In this document: piece after piece, positions 11,040-21,742 of the stretch | Position numbering within the stretch: the stretch's first letter is position 1 | Layout of the letters: the number at the start of each line of letters is the position of its first letter | The notes under the pieces: generated by a model | Seen by the model: only the letters and a program-made list of their open reading frames with translations | What the model was told of the DNA's origin: nothing | Databases searched by the model: none | Made by a program: the position numbers and the translations under genes | Assembly: GCA_963764725.1 (NCBI GenBank) | Contig: CAVXTM010000016.1 | Coordinates: 64,001 to 128,000, forward strand | DNA from: an uncultured Gammaproteobacteria bacterium | Lineage (GTDB): Bacteria; Pseudomonadota; Gammaproteobacteria; JACCXJ01 | Reading direction: 5' to 3' | DNA: 64,000 nucleotides

Positions 11040-11404
11040 AACCCCAATAACCGGATGCTGTCAAGGAGGACGATTTGAAAAGGCGCATGGAATGCTTCAC
11101 AACCAAGATCTTGGAGTTTCCCCTACGGGAGGTACTGCACCTACCCCGTCTCGCTACTCCTCACTGCAGGGCTTCTGAGCCTATCCCCGGGGACGCTCGC
11201 GGGCCCTTTCCCGGCCGCTCTACGACGGGCCACGATGCGCGGCCGGCCCCCAATTTGGTGAAGCGGTGTTCACGGCGGATCGCTCCGACCAGCTTTGGGT
11301 CGCCGACAGCACCTACGTACCGACCTTGGATGGGGATCGTCGGTGCGCGACGAGCCGGACGCTTTGCAGGATGGCCGGTGCCGCTTTCGCTTCCCCGCCG
11401 AAGA

Positions 11405-11624
11405 CACCCCCTGCCATAAGCTTCCGAACGCCTTCCGCTTCATGACCCGAGGTTTGGGCACACAAGAGACCCGATCGAACGATATCTTAAGCGTATTGAT
11501 GTTTCAGCCAGACTACTTGCGACGGTTACTGGAGTTGGGCTATGCGGATGCAGAGACGCGCCGCGAGGAAATCGCCGCGTTCTTCGTGAAAAGCTATGTA
11601 TGCCCGGATCCGGCAACTGTATGA
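11405..11624 (+). pseudogene. Patatin-like phospholipase C-terminal fragment
   Basis: LPNAFRFMTRGLGTQETRSNDILSVLMFQPDYLRRLLELGYADA; preceded by an IS3-like scrap (APNLVKR...WVADSTYVPT). Confidence 0.5.
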
Positions 11625-11735
11625 TGCGATCGCTGTCGTGCGAGTTTTGGTGATCGTTGGTGATCATTGCCCGGGGGCATTGTAGACATGACGTTCTCCT
11701 CCGATCAGAATGAGTGGTTCGACGTTCTTGTCATT

Positions 11736-12425
11736 CTAAAAGCCGACATTGATTTTAGCAGCAAGCCCCCGGATCCGGTCCGACTCGTACACGTGGACCC
11801 CGCGGGTGGCGTCCTTGGCAATCCGGATCATCGCCGCGGCGACCGCCCGCGCCGCGATCGGCCGGTACTTACCAAGCGGGCCGACGAACATGAATCCGAG
11901 TGCCCGTCCCGCGAGGATCGCGAGCCGCTCTCCGGGACGGCGCTCCCGGCGGTCACCGAGGAGCAGCGAGGGCCGGAAGATGTGTACGCCATCGAACGGC
12001 AGCTTCCGAACCGCATCCTCCACCTCGCCCTTCACCCGGCTATAGAAGACCCTCGATTGGGGATCCGCACCCAGTGCGCTCACTAAGAGGAACTGGCTGG
12101 CGCGGTGACGGGAGGCGAGCTGCGCGAGCTCTTGGACATAGGTGAAGTCCACCCTGCGGAACGCCGCCTCTGAGCCCGCGTGCTTCATGGTGGTGCCCAG
12201 ACAGCAGAAGACGTCGTCGACCCTCGGGACGTCATCGAGCTCCGCTAGCCGGTCGAAGTCGACCATCCGCTGCACCAACTTGCGGTGCGTGGTTCCGATC
12301 TCCCGCCGGCCCAGCACCGCGACCTGCTCCCAGGCGTCGCCTTGGAGCAGCAGCTCCAGGCAGTGACCGCCCACGAGCCCGGTCGCGCCGGCAAGGAGCG
12401 CGGTGCGCCTGCCCGGTGTGACCAT
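11736..12425 (-). CDS. NAD(P)-binding oxidoreductase, YraR/TIP30-like
   Basis: GATGLVG, FCCLGTT, FLLVSALGAD, YSRVKGEVE, RPSLLLGDR. Confidence 0.9.
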   Translation of the reverse strand: MVTPGRRTALLAGATGLVGGHCLELLLQGDAWEQVAVLGRREIGTTHRKLVQRMVDFDRLAELDDVPRVDDVFCCLGTTMKHAGSEAAFRRVDFTYVQELAQLASRHRASQFLLVSALGADPQSRVFYSRVKGEVEDAVRKLPFDGVHIFRPSLLLGDRRERRPGERLAILAGRALGFMFVGPLGKYRPIAARAVAAAMIRIAKDATRGVHVYESDRIRGLAAKINVGF

Positions 12426-12428
12426 GCT

Positions 12429-12854
12429 TTACGTTTCGAGCTTGGCGTCCATCGTGATTCTCGCATTCAGCACCTTCGAGACCGGACACCCTGCCTTGGC
12501 ATTATTCGCTGCCGTCTCAAATGCCTGCGGATCTGCTCCCGGTATTTTCGCCGTCACCTCCAGATGGACGGCCGTAATGGTGAATCCCCCCTCCGTCTTA
12601 TCCAGAGTCACATTGGCCGTGGTGCGAATGCTCTCGGCTGTCATGCCGGCATCTCCCAACTGAGCAGAGAGAGCCATCGAGAAACAGCCCGCATGTGCGG
12701 CGGCAATCAACTCCTCTGGATTGGTGCCGACTCCCTGCTCGAAGCGGGTGCTGAAGGAGTACTGAGTGTCTGACAAAACACCACTATCGGTCGAAATAGT
12801 GCCTTTCCCGTCCTTGAGACCGCCTTTCCATACCGCTGAAGCTTTACGTTTCAT
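12429..12854 (-). CDS. osmC: OsmC peroxiredoxin
   Basis: [30 protein letters not shown]. Confidence 0.95.
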   Translation of the reverse strand: MKRKASAVWKGGLKDGKGTISTDSGVLSDTQYSFSTRFEQGVGTNPEELIAAAHAGCFSMALSAQLGDAGMTAESIRTTANVTLDKTEGGFTITAVHLEVTAKIPGADPQAFETAANNAKAGCPVSKVLNARITMDAKLET

Positions 12855-13022
12855 AATTCCTCCTGCTATCAATCGTTATTTCGTGAAAAAGCAATAGCCA
12901 TTCAGCACTCAGTTGTTGCAGGACCACTTTCGCTGGGATTGGGACAACGCGGGATGCAAGACGCCCCCAACAGGCGGGCGCCGACTGCGGACGCCCTGTG
13001 ATTCGTGCCAGGAAGGCCGCGA

Positions 13023-15437
13023 TCAAGTCGAAAGCGCAGCAAGCAACGCGTCCTCGACTCTTTCGATCCAGACAAAATTCAGTTGATTGCGCGCGCCCTC
13101 TGGAATGTCTTCCAGATCCTTTTGGTTACGCGCAGGCAGGAGCACCGTTTTGATTCCGGCACGCGCCGCCGCCAACACTTTTTCCTTGATCCCGCCCACG
13201 GGAAGCACGAGACCGCGCAGGCTGATTTCACCGGTCATCGCGGTGTCGCTGCGAACCGCTTTGCCGATCAAGAGTGAAGCGAGCGCGATGAACATGGCAA
13301 CTCCAGCGCTCGGGCCGTCTTTCGGTATCGCCCCCGCCGGGACATGGACGTGAATATCTTTCTTGTCAAACGCATCGTCTGCAACATTGATCTCGGCGGC
13401 GCGCGATTTGACGAGACTCAAGGCAGCCTGCGCGGACTCTTTCATCACCTCCCCAAGCTGACCGGTAAGAATCAGTTTTCCGTTGCCCGGAACGCGAGTC
13501 GCTTCCACAAACAAAATGTCCCCGCCAACCGGTGTCCACGCCAAACCGGTCGCAACTCCCGGCGTGCTCGTCCGCATCGCGATTTCGCTTTCAAATTGTT
13601 TCGCACCGAGAACGGAATGCAAGTCTGCGGTCTCAATGTTGACGCGCGCGGTCGCACCCTCTGCGATGCGCATCGCGGCACTGCGGAAAGCTGTGCCAAT
13701 CTGCCGCTCGAGGTTGCGCACGCCGGCTTCGCGGGTGTAGTCATGAATAATCGCGCGTAACGCATCGTCGCTGATGCCACTCTGCTCAGAAGACAAGCCG
13801 TTTGCTTCGAGCTGCTTTTTCACCAGATACCGGCGCGCGATCTCGATTTTTTCCTCCTCAGTGTAGCCGGGAAGTTGGATCACTTCCATGCGGTCGCGTA
13901 AGGGGCCGGGGATGGTGTCGAGAATATTGGCGGTGCCGATGAACATGACTTTGGAAAGGTCGAACGGCAGCGCGAGGTAATTGTCGCGGAAGGTCGCGTT
14001 TTGTTCGGGGTCGAGCACTTCGAGCAGGGCGGAAGAGGGGTCTCCGTGAAACCCGGCACCGAGCTTATCCATCTCATCAAGCATGAACACCGGGTTACGC
14101 GTTCCCGCCTTGCGTATTGCCTGAATAATGTTTCCGGGCAAGGCGCCTATGTAGGTGCGGCGGTGCCCGCGGATTTCCGCTTCGTCGTGCACGCCGCCGA
14201 GACTGATCCTTATGAATTTGCGGCCGGTCGCTCGCGCGATGCTTTGTCCGAGCGAAGTCTTGCCGACGCCGGGCGGCCCGACAAAACAAAGGATCGGGCT
14301 CTTGCCCTCGGGATTGAGCTTGCGCACCGCGAGGTACTCGAGTATGCGGCGCTTGATTTTTTCCAGCCCGTAGTGGTCCTCATCAAGAATTTTGCGCGCC
14401 TCTGCAATATCGATGGTGCTATCAGTCAAGATCGACCATGGCAATTCGGTGAGCCACTCGAGGTAAGTGCGCACCATCGAATATTCAGCCGCGGCGTCGG
14501 GCATGCGCTCCAATCGCCGCAACTCCTTGCGTGCGTACTCTTCCGCTTCCGCCGGCATTTTCGCTTGCGTGATCGCTTGAGACAACTCTGCGACCTCAGC
14601 CGCGTTCTGATCTGTTTCGCCCAGCTCCTTCTGTATCGTCTTCAGTTGCTCGCGCAGCAGATACTCGCGCTGCCGCTCGTCCATGCTTTCCTTCGTGCGT
14701 TGTCCGATGTCGCGCGACAAACGCAAGACCTCAAGCCGGTGGGCGAGAAACGCCAATACTTTGTCGAGCCGCACCTGCACGTCAAACGTCTCGAGAATAT
14801 CTTGCTTCTCCGCGGGTTTCAGGTCCATAAAGTGTGCGCTGAGATCAGCGAGCGCGGAGGCGGATTGCACTCCTTGCAGCGCACTGGCAAGCTCCTCCGG
14901 CGGTTGCGGCAGCAGTTGTAACGCTTCGACTGCGCGCTCTTTAAGGTGAAGCATTCGCGCTTCGATCTCGCGGTTTGTATGCGCTGACTCCTCGATGAGT
15001 TCAATACGGCCGACCAGAAACGGGTAGCCCTCGATAAATTGCGTGATGCGAAAACGCTGCTCGCCCTGGCAGATCACATGATGCGTTCCGTCGCGGCCAG
15101 TAACGTAGCGCACGACGTTGGCCAACGTTCCCACCCAGTGCAAATCGTCCGGGGTGGGAGATTCCGCTTCGGCGTTGCGTTGCAAGACGACCCCAATAGG
15201 GCGCTCGCTGCGCGTCGCCTCTTGCGCCGCGGCGACCGACTGTTTGCGGCCAACTGTCAGCGGAAGAATGATCCCGGGGAACAGGACCAGGTTGCGTACC
15301 GGCACAATCGGTATGGCGTGCTCCGGCAGGCGCGGGAAATCACGCACCGCGGCGCTTGCCTGGGCATCGCTTGCTTCAGGTTTTTGGTCGCGTCGCAATT
15401 CGGCATTCAAGTTTTCAGCGTTCATTGTTTCGATCAC
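13023..15437 (-). CDS. lon: ATP-dependent Lon protease (accessory copy)
   Basis: [35 protein letters not shown]. Confidence 0.95.
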   Translation of the reverse strand: MIETMNAENLNAELRRDQKPEASDAQASAAVRDFPRLPEHAIPIVPVRNLVLFPGIILPLTVGRKQSVAAAQEATRSERPIGVVLQRNAEAESPTPDDLHWVGTLANVVRYVTGRDGTHHVICQGEQRFRITQFIEGYPFLVGRIELIEESAHTNREIEARMLHLKERAVEALQLLPQPPEELASALQGVQSASALADLSAHFMDLKPAEKQDILETFDVQVRLDKVLAFLAHRLEVLRLSRDIGQRTKESMDERQREYLLREQLKTIQKELGETDQNAAEVAELSQAITQAKMPAEAEEYARKELRRLERMPDAAAEYSMVRTYLEWLTELPWSILTDSTIDIAEARKILDEDHYGLEKIKRRILEYLAVRKLNPEGKSPILCFVGPPGVGKTSLGQSIARATGRKFIRISLGGVHDEAEIRGHRRTYIGALPGNIIQAIRKAGTRNPVFMLDEMDKLGAGFHGDPSSALLEVLDPEQNATFRDNYLALPFDLSKVMFIGTANILDTIPGPLRDRMEVIQLPGYTEEEKIEIARRYLVKKQLEANGLSSEQSGISDDALRAIIHDYTREAGVRNLERQIGTAFRSAAMRIAEGATARVNIETADLHSVLGAKQFESEIAMRTSTPGVATGLAWTPVGGDILFVEATRVPGNGKLILTGQLGEVMKESAQAALSLVKSRAAEINVADDAFDKKDIHVHVPAGAIPKDGPSAGVAMFIALASLLIGKAVRSDTAMTGEISLRGLVLPVGGIKEKVLAAARAGIKTVLLPARNQKDLEDIPEGARNQLNFVWIERVEDALLAALST

Positions 15438-15829
15438 GCCTTACCTAGTGTCAGAATAAGACAACCATCGATGAGATCTCGCCGTATCAGTTCTACTGCT
15501 TGGGTTGGCAGCGCGATTCGGCGCTCGAAGCGCCCGTGCGGTATTTCCAGCCGGTGTATCAGCGCCGCGCGCATTCCCGATGGGAGCAATCTTTCACCGG
15601 AAATCACAAGGCCGTCCGCTTCAAACAGGATTTCAATCTGTTGCGTGCTGACTCCGGGCAAAGCAACACACACAAAAATTTCGCGCTCGGTCTCAACCAT
15701 ATCTACCGGCGGCTCCCACGCGGGGCAGTGTTCGCCAATGAAGAAGAATTGCCGCTGCAACTGCTCCGCTCGTGCGAGCAGCTCGCACGCTTCTGCCCAC
15801 ATCAAAGCCGTGGGATCACGCATTTTCAA
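15434..15829 (-). CDS. Hsp20/alpha-crystallin family protein
   Basis: WEPPVDMVET, ALPGV, GRFERRIALP, DGCLILTL; overlaps lon. Confidence 0.85.
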   Translation of the reverse strand: MKMRDPTALMWAEACELLARAEQLQRQFFFIGEHCPAWEPPVDMVETEREIFVCVALPGVSTQQIEILFEADGLVISGERLLPSGMRAALIHRLEIPHGRFERRIALPTQAVELIRRDLIDGCLILTLGKA

Positions 15830-16037
15830 TCCTCGTCCACAAGCTGGTGTTGCACCAGTTCGCTTTTAAACATTCTTTCTTAAAACCCTTTCACCGCAAA
15901 CGTGGATGTCACGCTTTGGAGGTGGCGCGTGCCGACTCGCCAGCAGTCCAAAAGATTAGGCCATATTCGGCTTTTTCAACAGGCCTCCGGCACGGACGCT
16001 TCTTGAGCTCGTAATTCCATCCGATCCACCGCGGGAA

Positions 16038-16228
16038 CCGGCGGTCACCGAGGAGCAGCGAGGGCCGGAAGATGTGTACGCCATCGAAGGGCGGCTTCCG
16101 AACCGCGTTCTCCATTTCACCTTTCACCCGGCGGTAGGAGACCCTCGATTGGCGATCCGCACCCAGTGCGCTCACCATGAGGAACTGGCCGGCGCGGTGC
16201 CGGGAGAGGCGAGCTGCGCGGGCTCCTG
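16038..16228 (-). repeat. Diverged partial duplicate of the yraR-like gene (matches ~11947-12135)
   Basis: Near-identical DNA encoding VSALGAD...RVKGE...RPSLLLGDRR. Confidence 0.85.
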
Positions 16229-16654
16229 GCTGGCCCCTGCTGGTTCAAGCCGCACAGTAGACGCCCAGTTTTCGATGGGCAGGCCAGGATAGACGCGGAA
16301 ATCCTGTTCATTATTGGTGACTAGGGTGAGCCCCCGACTTAACGCATGAGCGGCAATGAGTTTGTCCAACGCGTCAGTGGTGCGCTCGCGCGTGGCAAGG
16401 CGGACTGGACCGTAGGCCGCCGCCGCATCCTCATCAAACGCGATGGCAGGCACCGCCTCCAGGAGCGCTGCCACTTGATCTTCCTGAACTGTACGGTCGG
16501 CCGTACGACATTCGACACCATACCGAAGCTCTGCCAGTGTGATGGCCGACATGACTACGTCACCTTCGACGCAGTCGGCCAGCTTCGCCACGACTTCTCG
16601 CGGATGGTGCCTTATCAGGTAGATACAGATGTTCGTGTCGAGCATGTATCTCAT
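16172..16654 (-). CDS. vapC: VapC PIN-domain toxin
   Basis: YMLDTNICIY, ITLAELRYG, DKLIAAHA, LVTNNEQDF, ENW. Confidence 0.92.
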   Translation of the reverse strand: MRYMLDTNICIYLIRHHPREVVAKLADCVEGDVVMSAITLAELRYGVECRTADRTVQEDQVAALLEAVPAIAFDEDAAAAYGPVRLATRERTTDALDKLIAAHALSRGLTLVTNNEQDFRVYPGLPIENWASTVRLEPAGASQEPAQLASPGTAPASSSW

Positions 16655-16887
16655 AGCGGCTCGCGTTCAAGCTGCATCTGATGCTGTCGATCGGGAAAGT
16701 CGGGCGACGGACCTAACGCAAGAAAACGCCCGAGTGTCTCACGCATCGAACGTCGTTGCGGACGGAGGATGAGCGTATCGCCGTGGCGTTCGATCTCAAG
16801 CAAGATGTCCATGCGTTCGAACTGCAATTCCTTTGGGATACGTACCGCTTGTGAATTACCGCTCTTGAAGATACGCGTGGTTGACAT
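16651..16887 (-). CDS. vapB: VapB AbrB/MazE-type antitoxin
   Basis: RIFKSGNSQAVRIPKELQF; ATGA-type overlap with vapC. Confidence 0.92.
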   Translation of the reverse strand: MSTTRIFKSGNSQAVRIPKELQFERMDILLEIERHGDTLILRPQRRSMRETLGRFLALGPSPDFPDRQHQMQLEREPL

Positions 16888-17004
16888 GAAGGTCTTCGTA
16901 GCTCAATGTATATCCAAGTATATACACGGCGAAGTATGGCGGCAAGCCTCTGTGGCACAAACAAGGCGTTGCGGTCCTTCACTGCATCTGCCGGGACGGA
17001 CGAT

Positions 17005-17171
17005 ACACCGGTATCTCGCCAGGCCGCGACCTCATCGCGAACCTTGGCGACCAGCTGCGGCCGTAGCTTTTCGTAGGCCGTGCTCCGCAACTCTTCCGGG
17101 GCCGGAAACCAGCGCCGGTCCGGTGGCAGCACCGCGTACGGCGATTCAGGGAAGTCAGGATGCAGTGCCAA
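17005..17171 (-). pseudogene. Type III restriction (Res-like) N-terminal fragment
   Basis: LALHPDFPESPYAVLPPDRRWFPAPEELRSTAYEKL...VRDEVAAWRDTG; family recognised from memory. Confidence 0.5.
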
Positions 17172-17511
17172 TGGGTCACGATGCGTGTAAGGCGGGGTAT
17201 ACAATTAACGCCTTTTTGCTCCGATAGGAAAGTACTGAGGGCCGGCGCTGTTGTCAATCACAGTGCACATCGAGCGAAATCCGAAGATTTGATGAAGTTG
17301 CGGAATCAAGCGGGCAGTGGCGTATAGGTGACGCTGTCCAAATAGGTGCTTCGGACCGTCGGTGAAGAGTGTAGAACAATGCTTCCTTGAGCGATCCTGG
17401 ATGAGTGCGATGAAAGGAGTTCTTCCAAACGTGCAGCACACCGCGGGGCAGCGTAAACGATGACCTCGACCCACTGATCAACGCTGGCTATACGGAGAGA
17501 AGCGATCGTCC

Positions 17512-18282
17512 ATGTGCCAACTCCTGGGTATGAACTGCAATGTGCCGACCGACATCTGTTTTTCCTTTGAAGGCTTCCGTGTTCGCGGCGGGCTGACCGA
17601 CCACCACCGCGACGGCTGGGGGATCGCTTTCTTCGAAGGCCGCGGTTGCCGGGTCTACTTGGATTCCAAGGCCACGATCGAATCGCCGGTGGCCGATCTG
17701 GTCCGGAACTACCCCATTCGTTCGGCGAATGTCATCGCCCACATCCGGAAAGCGACCCGGGGTCGGATAGCGTTGGAGAATTGCCATCCATTTCAGCGCG
17801 AGCTCTGGGGCCAATATTGGCTCTTCGCGCATAACGGCACGCTCGAAAATTTCGACCCTGCCGTCTGCGAGGTCTTCCGGCCGGTCGGAGAGACCGATAG
17901 CGAGAGCGCCTTCTGCTACCTGCTCGAAGGGTTGCGCCGGGAGTTCCCGGTAGGGCCTCCGGGCTGTCGCGATACCTATCAGGTACTGACACGCATTAAC
18001 TCCGCGATCGCCCGTCACGGCGACTTCAATTATTTGCTGTCTAACGGGGACGTCCTGTACGCACACTGTTCGACCAATCTCTATTTCATTACGCGCAAGG
18101 ATCCCTTTACCTCCGCGCACCTGGTTGATCAGGACGTCACGGTAGATTTCAGCACACTCACAAGACCCAGCGACAAGGTCTCGGTGATCGCGACACTGCC
18201 GCTCACCGATAACGAGGCATGGACGAGGCTGGAGCCCGGACAATTGCTGATGTTTCAGGACGGCGAGCCGGTAACGGTTTAA
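17512..18282 (+). CDS. Class II glutamine amidotransferase (YafJ-like)
   Basis: MCQLLGMN, DGWGIAF, AHIRKAT, NCHPF, FAHNG, TDSE. Confidence 0.93.
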   Translation: MCQLLGMNCNVPTDICFSFEGFRVRGGLTDHHRDGWGIAFFEGRGCRVYLDSKATIESPVADLVRNYPIRSANVIAHIRKATRGRIALENCHPFQRELWGQYWLFAHNGTLENFDPAVCEVFRPVGETDSESAFCYLLEGLRREFPVGPPGCRDTYQVLTRINSAIARHGDFNYLLSNGDVLYAHCSTNLYFITRKDPFTSAHLVDQDVTVDFSTLTRPSDKVSVIATLPLTDNEAWTRLEPGQLLMFQDGEPVTV

Positions 18283-18503
18283 GCGAATAATCCTTTCCCG
18301 ACCGGGCACGGTGGTGGATCGCCCGACCGCCCACATAAAAAAGCCCCCTCGCGGGGGCAAAGTTGTGGAGGCTAGGCTGTAGCGCATCTTAGGGGAGTTC
18401 GAGCCGTTGCGGAATGTGACAAATTGCCGCACGGCTGCATCGACGCAAGCGCCGAGTGTTGCAAATCACGCTGCAGTGATCTGGGATGGGCTACGAAAAT
18501 GGG

Positions 18504-19412
18504 CTCATCGTGAAAGTGAGTGGGTAGAAAATGATGTTTTCACAGCACCGGCAGCATGCAGGTAAGCACCTTAAGGCGCAGGTAATGCTGGTCGCGGAGT
18601 CCGTAGGCGCGGCGCTGGATGACGCGGATCTTGTTGTTGAGTCCTTCGACGAATCCGAGAGAGATCTTGTTCTCTGGTTTGCAATAAGCAGCGATCCCAT
18701 CCCAATGGCGCTCGATCATCTCGGCGAATTTCTCGTACGGTTTCAGGCGCTGCCATTTAAGCGCGTTGCGCCAGTTTTCGAAGAAACGTCGCGCCCAGGC
18801 TTCGCGCTCGTAGCACCACAACTGGCCGAAGGATTCCTTGAGCAGATAAGCGGTATTCAATCGCTTGTTGGCGGCGAGGAGCCTTTTCAGGGCGGCTCGA
18901 CCATCGAGGGTCAGATGCTCCCGCCGGGAGAGCAGCGTATACCTTTGACCCTTGATGTAGCTCCGTTTCTCGCCGCTGAGCCGGGCATACTCCTCCTTGC
19001 GGATCTTATCGAGCGCCTCACCCAGGTGACGCATCACGTGAAATTTATCGAACAGGATAGCCGCCTGGGGTGCTTGTTCTCTGGTACTGTTGCGAAACGG
19101 CTTCCACATGTCCATCACGGCCAAGCGTACCCCCTTGGTTTTACGTGGCCCCAGCCAGGTGAAGAATTCGTCCATGCTGGCCTCCGAGCGACCGGTTCCG
19201 CCGAACCAAATGGGTCGGCCACGGAGGAGATCGCTGACCACGATGCGATAGGTGTGACCCTTGCGGATGGCGATCTCATCGATGCCGATAACCGCAGGTC
19301 CTGGCCGGCCAGCCCGTGCAAGCTGCGCACCCATGTATTGCTTGTCCAACTCCTTGACCGTCTGCCAGTCGAGATCCAACTCATCGGCCACCGCTTTGAT
19401 GGTGCTCGTGCG
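18504..19412 (-). mobile_element. ISL3 element, 5'-truncated transposase plus right end
   Basis: IGIDEIAIRKGHTY, MDMWKPF, FDKFHV, VEGLNNKIRVIQRRAYG; terminus GGCTCATCGTGAAAGTGAGTGGG. Confidence 0.85.
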
Positions 19413-19755
19413 CCAGCTCGCGCTCAGTTGCGGGACGGTGGAGTTGCAGCGGCCGCGGGTACGGGGGGAGGAGGAGCGCTTTGAGAGTCGGCTCTTACCC
19501 TTGTTTGTTCGCCGGACGGAGGGCGTTGCGGAGTTGCTTCCCACCTTATATCTGCACGGGCTGTCGATGGGGGATTTTGAGCTAGCGCTCCGTGGGCTGC
19601 TCGGGGACGGGGCGCCGCTCTCGGGGAGTTCGATTGCGCGGCTGAAGACGAAATGGCAGGGAGAATATGCGGTTTGGAGTCAACGCTCTCTCGCGGAGTT
19701 GGAGGTCGTCTATCTGGGTCGACGGGGTGTATGTAAAAGCCGGATTGGAGAAGTG
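19412..19755 (+). pseudogene. IS256 transposase internal fragment
   Basis: RPRVRG...FESRLLP...LYLHGLSMGDF...VYL(W)VDGVYVKAGLEK. Confidence 0.8.
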
Positions 19756-19822
19756 ATCTTGTAAGCTTTCGATAGACGACTTAATCGAGGTAAATTGGAG
19801 TGGACCACGAGAGGAGTCGGAG

Positions 19823-20091
19823 ATGGAGAAACTTAAGCGGCGGCAGTTTACCGCCGAGTTCAAGATAGAAGCGGTGAAGCTGGTGCTCGAGCAGGGCTAC
19901 AGCTATGCCGAGGCAGGCAAACGATTGGGGGTTCTGGCGAAGTTGATAAAGGCGTGGGCAAAGAAATATCGGGGGGGGGGTGAATTGGTTGCCGGTGCGC
20001 CGCGCTTGCGGGTGACACCGGAGCAGCAGGAGCTCAGCCGGTTGCGCCAGGAGGTGCAACGATTGCGGATGGAACGTGACATTCTAAAAAA
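19823..20091 (+). pseudogene. IS3 OrfA interrupted by IS110
   Basis: RRQFTAEFKIEAVKLV...ELSRLRQEVQRLRMERDILK, then IS110 sequence. Confidence 0.85.
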
Positions 20092-20328
20092 CCTTCTAAG
20101 GGGCGTGCCCACTACCTGTAGGAGTAGAAACTCCGGTGATTTTATACTGCCCCGGACGAAGGGAGCGGCCGTTGGCTTTTTGGTGGCATTGACCCCGTAA
20201 AAAAACGTGGTCCAGGGACAGTAGCGCACTTGGCAGTGGTGACACCGTTTCGGTGATCCCGGTTAGGAAAGTGATGATTGAGCGCCGTCCCGCCCTTCGA
20301 TTCTTTTGGCAAACGGTGGAGAACGAAG
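20092..20328 (+). ncRNA. Candidate IS110 bridge/seek RNA (non-coding leader)
   Basis: Long leader with pairing segments CGAAGGG/CCCTTCG and CACCG-TTT-CGGTG, plus motifs matching the target and the element end. Confidence 0.55.
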
Positions 20329-21702
20329 ATGGCGCGAGCGAGAAAGCCGAAAGGCAAGCGGCAAACATTATCGGTGGTTCATCCGAAGGCGGCGGGAATT
20401 GATGTCGGCGCACAGATCCACGTGGTTGCAGTTCCGGTGGAACTGGCAGCGGAGGCGGTGCAAACATTCAAAAGTTTCACCCGCGATCTACATCGACTTG
20501 CTGGTTGGCTAGTTGATCTGGGTATCACAACGGTTGCCATGGAATCGACGGGCGTGTACTGGGTCCCCCTCTTTGAGATATTAGAGAGTCGTGGTATTGA
20601 AGTTCTCTTAGTCAATGCCCGTCACGCCAAAGCGGTCCCTGGGCGCAAGACCGATGTCAATGACGCGCAATGGTTGCAACAACTGCACGCCTGCGGTCTT
20701 TTACGCGGAAGTTTCCATCCCGAGCGGGAGGTGGCTGTTTTACGGGCCTACGTGCGACAACGCGATCGGCTTTCGGACTACGCCGCTTCCCATATTCAAC
20801 ACATGCAGAAAGCGCTGAACCAGATGAATCTGCAGCTGCAGCACGTCGTGACCGACATTACTGGTGCCACGGGGTTGACGATTATCCGTGCCATTGTCGC
20901 TGGAGAACGCGATCCTGCGGTATTGGCAAGTTACCGTGATGTACGCTGTAAGGAATCGGTTGAGGCAATCCGCGAAGCGCTCGTCGGTCACTATCTTCCC
21001 GAGCACGTCTTTGCGCTGCGCCAAGCCCTCGAGCTTTATGATTTCTACCAGCAGCAAATCGCCGCGTGTGATGTGGAGATTGAACAGGCCCTGGCCCGGC
21101 TTGGTCACGGGAGGGAATTACCGGCCACCCCCTTGCCCAAGCCCAAGCATCGAGGTCGTGCACCCAATGCACCGAGATTTGATATTCGCATGGCTCTTTA
21201 TACGGTGGTTGGTACCGACGTGACCCAAATCCACGGGATGGGCCCGCACCTCGCGTTGAAACTCCTGGGAGAATGCGGAACGGACATGTCACGTTGGCTC
21301 AGTGCGAAGCACTTCACCTCCTGGCTAGCGTTGGCGCCCGGGAACAAAATCTCCGGCGGGAAATTATTATCGTCCAGAACGCGTCCCTCATCGAGTCGCG
21401 CTGCGGCGCTCTTACGCCTGGCCGCGACCACCCTTGCCAGAAGCGATACGGCTCTGGGCGCCTTTTACCGCCGCCTTGGCGCGCGGGTGGGTAAAGCCAA
21501 AGCTGTCACCGCCACCGCGCGCAAGCTCGCAGTCTTGTTCTACAATGCCCTGCGCTACGGCCTTGATTACGTTGACCCGGGCGCATCGTACTACGAAGAG
21601 CGCTATCGTCAACGTACGCTCTCGAACCTTCGTCAACGCGCGCGAGCTTTGGGCTTTGAACTCTTACCGCGCACGGAGGAGGCCGTGGCGGGAGTTTCTT
21701 AG
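20329..21702 (+). CDS. IS110 DEDD recombinase
   Basis: GIDVGA, AMESTGVYW, KTDVNDAQWL, NKISGGK. Confidence 0.93.
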   Translation: MARARKPKGKRQTLSVVHPKAAGIDVGAQIHVVAVPVELAAEAVQTFKSFTRDLHRLAGWLVDLGITTVAMESTGVYWVPLFEILESRGIEVLLVNARHAKAVPGRKTDVNDAQWLQQLHACGLLRGSFHPEREVAVLRAYVRQRDRLSDYAASHIQHMQKALNQMNLQLQHVVTDITGATGLTIIRAIVAGERDPAVLASYRDVRCKESVEAIREALVGHYLPEHVFALRQALELYDFYQQQIAACDVEIEQALARLGHGRELPATPLPKPKHRGRAPNAPRFDIRMALYTVVGTDVTQIHGMGPHLALKLLGECGTDMSRWLSAKHFTSWLALAPGNKISGGKLLSSRTRPSSSRAAALLRLAATTLARSDTALGAFYRRLGARVGKAKAVTATARKLAVLFYNALRYGLDYVDPGASYYEERYRQRTLSNLRQRARALGFELLPRTEEAVAGVS

Positions 21703-21742
21703 TCCCTTATCCATGAAATCTTGTGCAAAAAAGCAAAGAGTG

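Larger units (their letters stand above)
20092..21702 (+). mobile_element. IS110-family element, copy 1
   Basis: Matches the reverse complement of 28814-30425; ~237 bp non-coding leader; no long terminal IRs. Confidence 0.92.

Noticed and set aside
15840-15875. sigma32 promoter for hsp20-lon
   Set aside because: TTTAAA...CACCAG is only a weak match to the consensus
18540-19544. Full-length ISL3 transposase
   Set aside because: The first ~45 aa are antisense IS256 sequence, so this is a fusion artefact
19823-20200. 125-aa ORF (and 30317-30598) as real proteins
   Set aside because: Chimeras of IS3 OrfA reading into the IS110 leader
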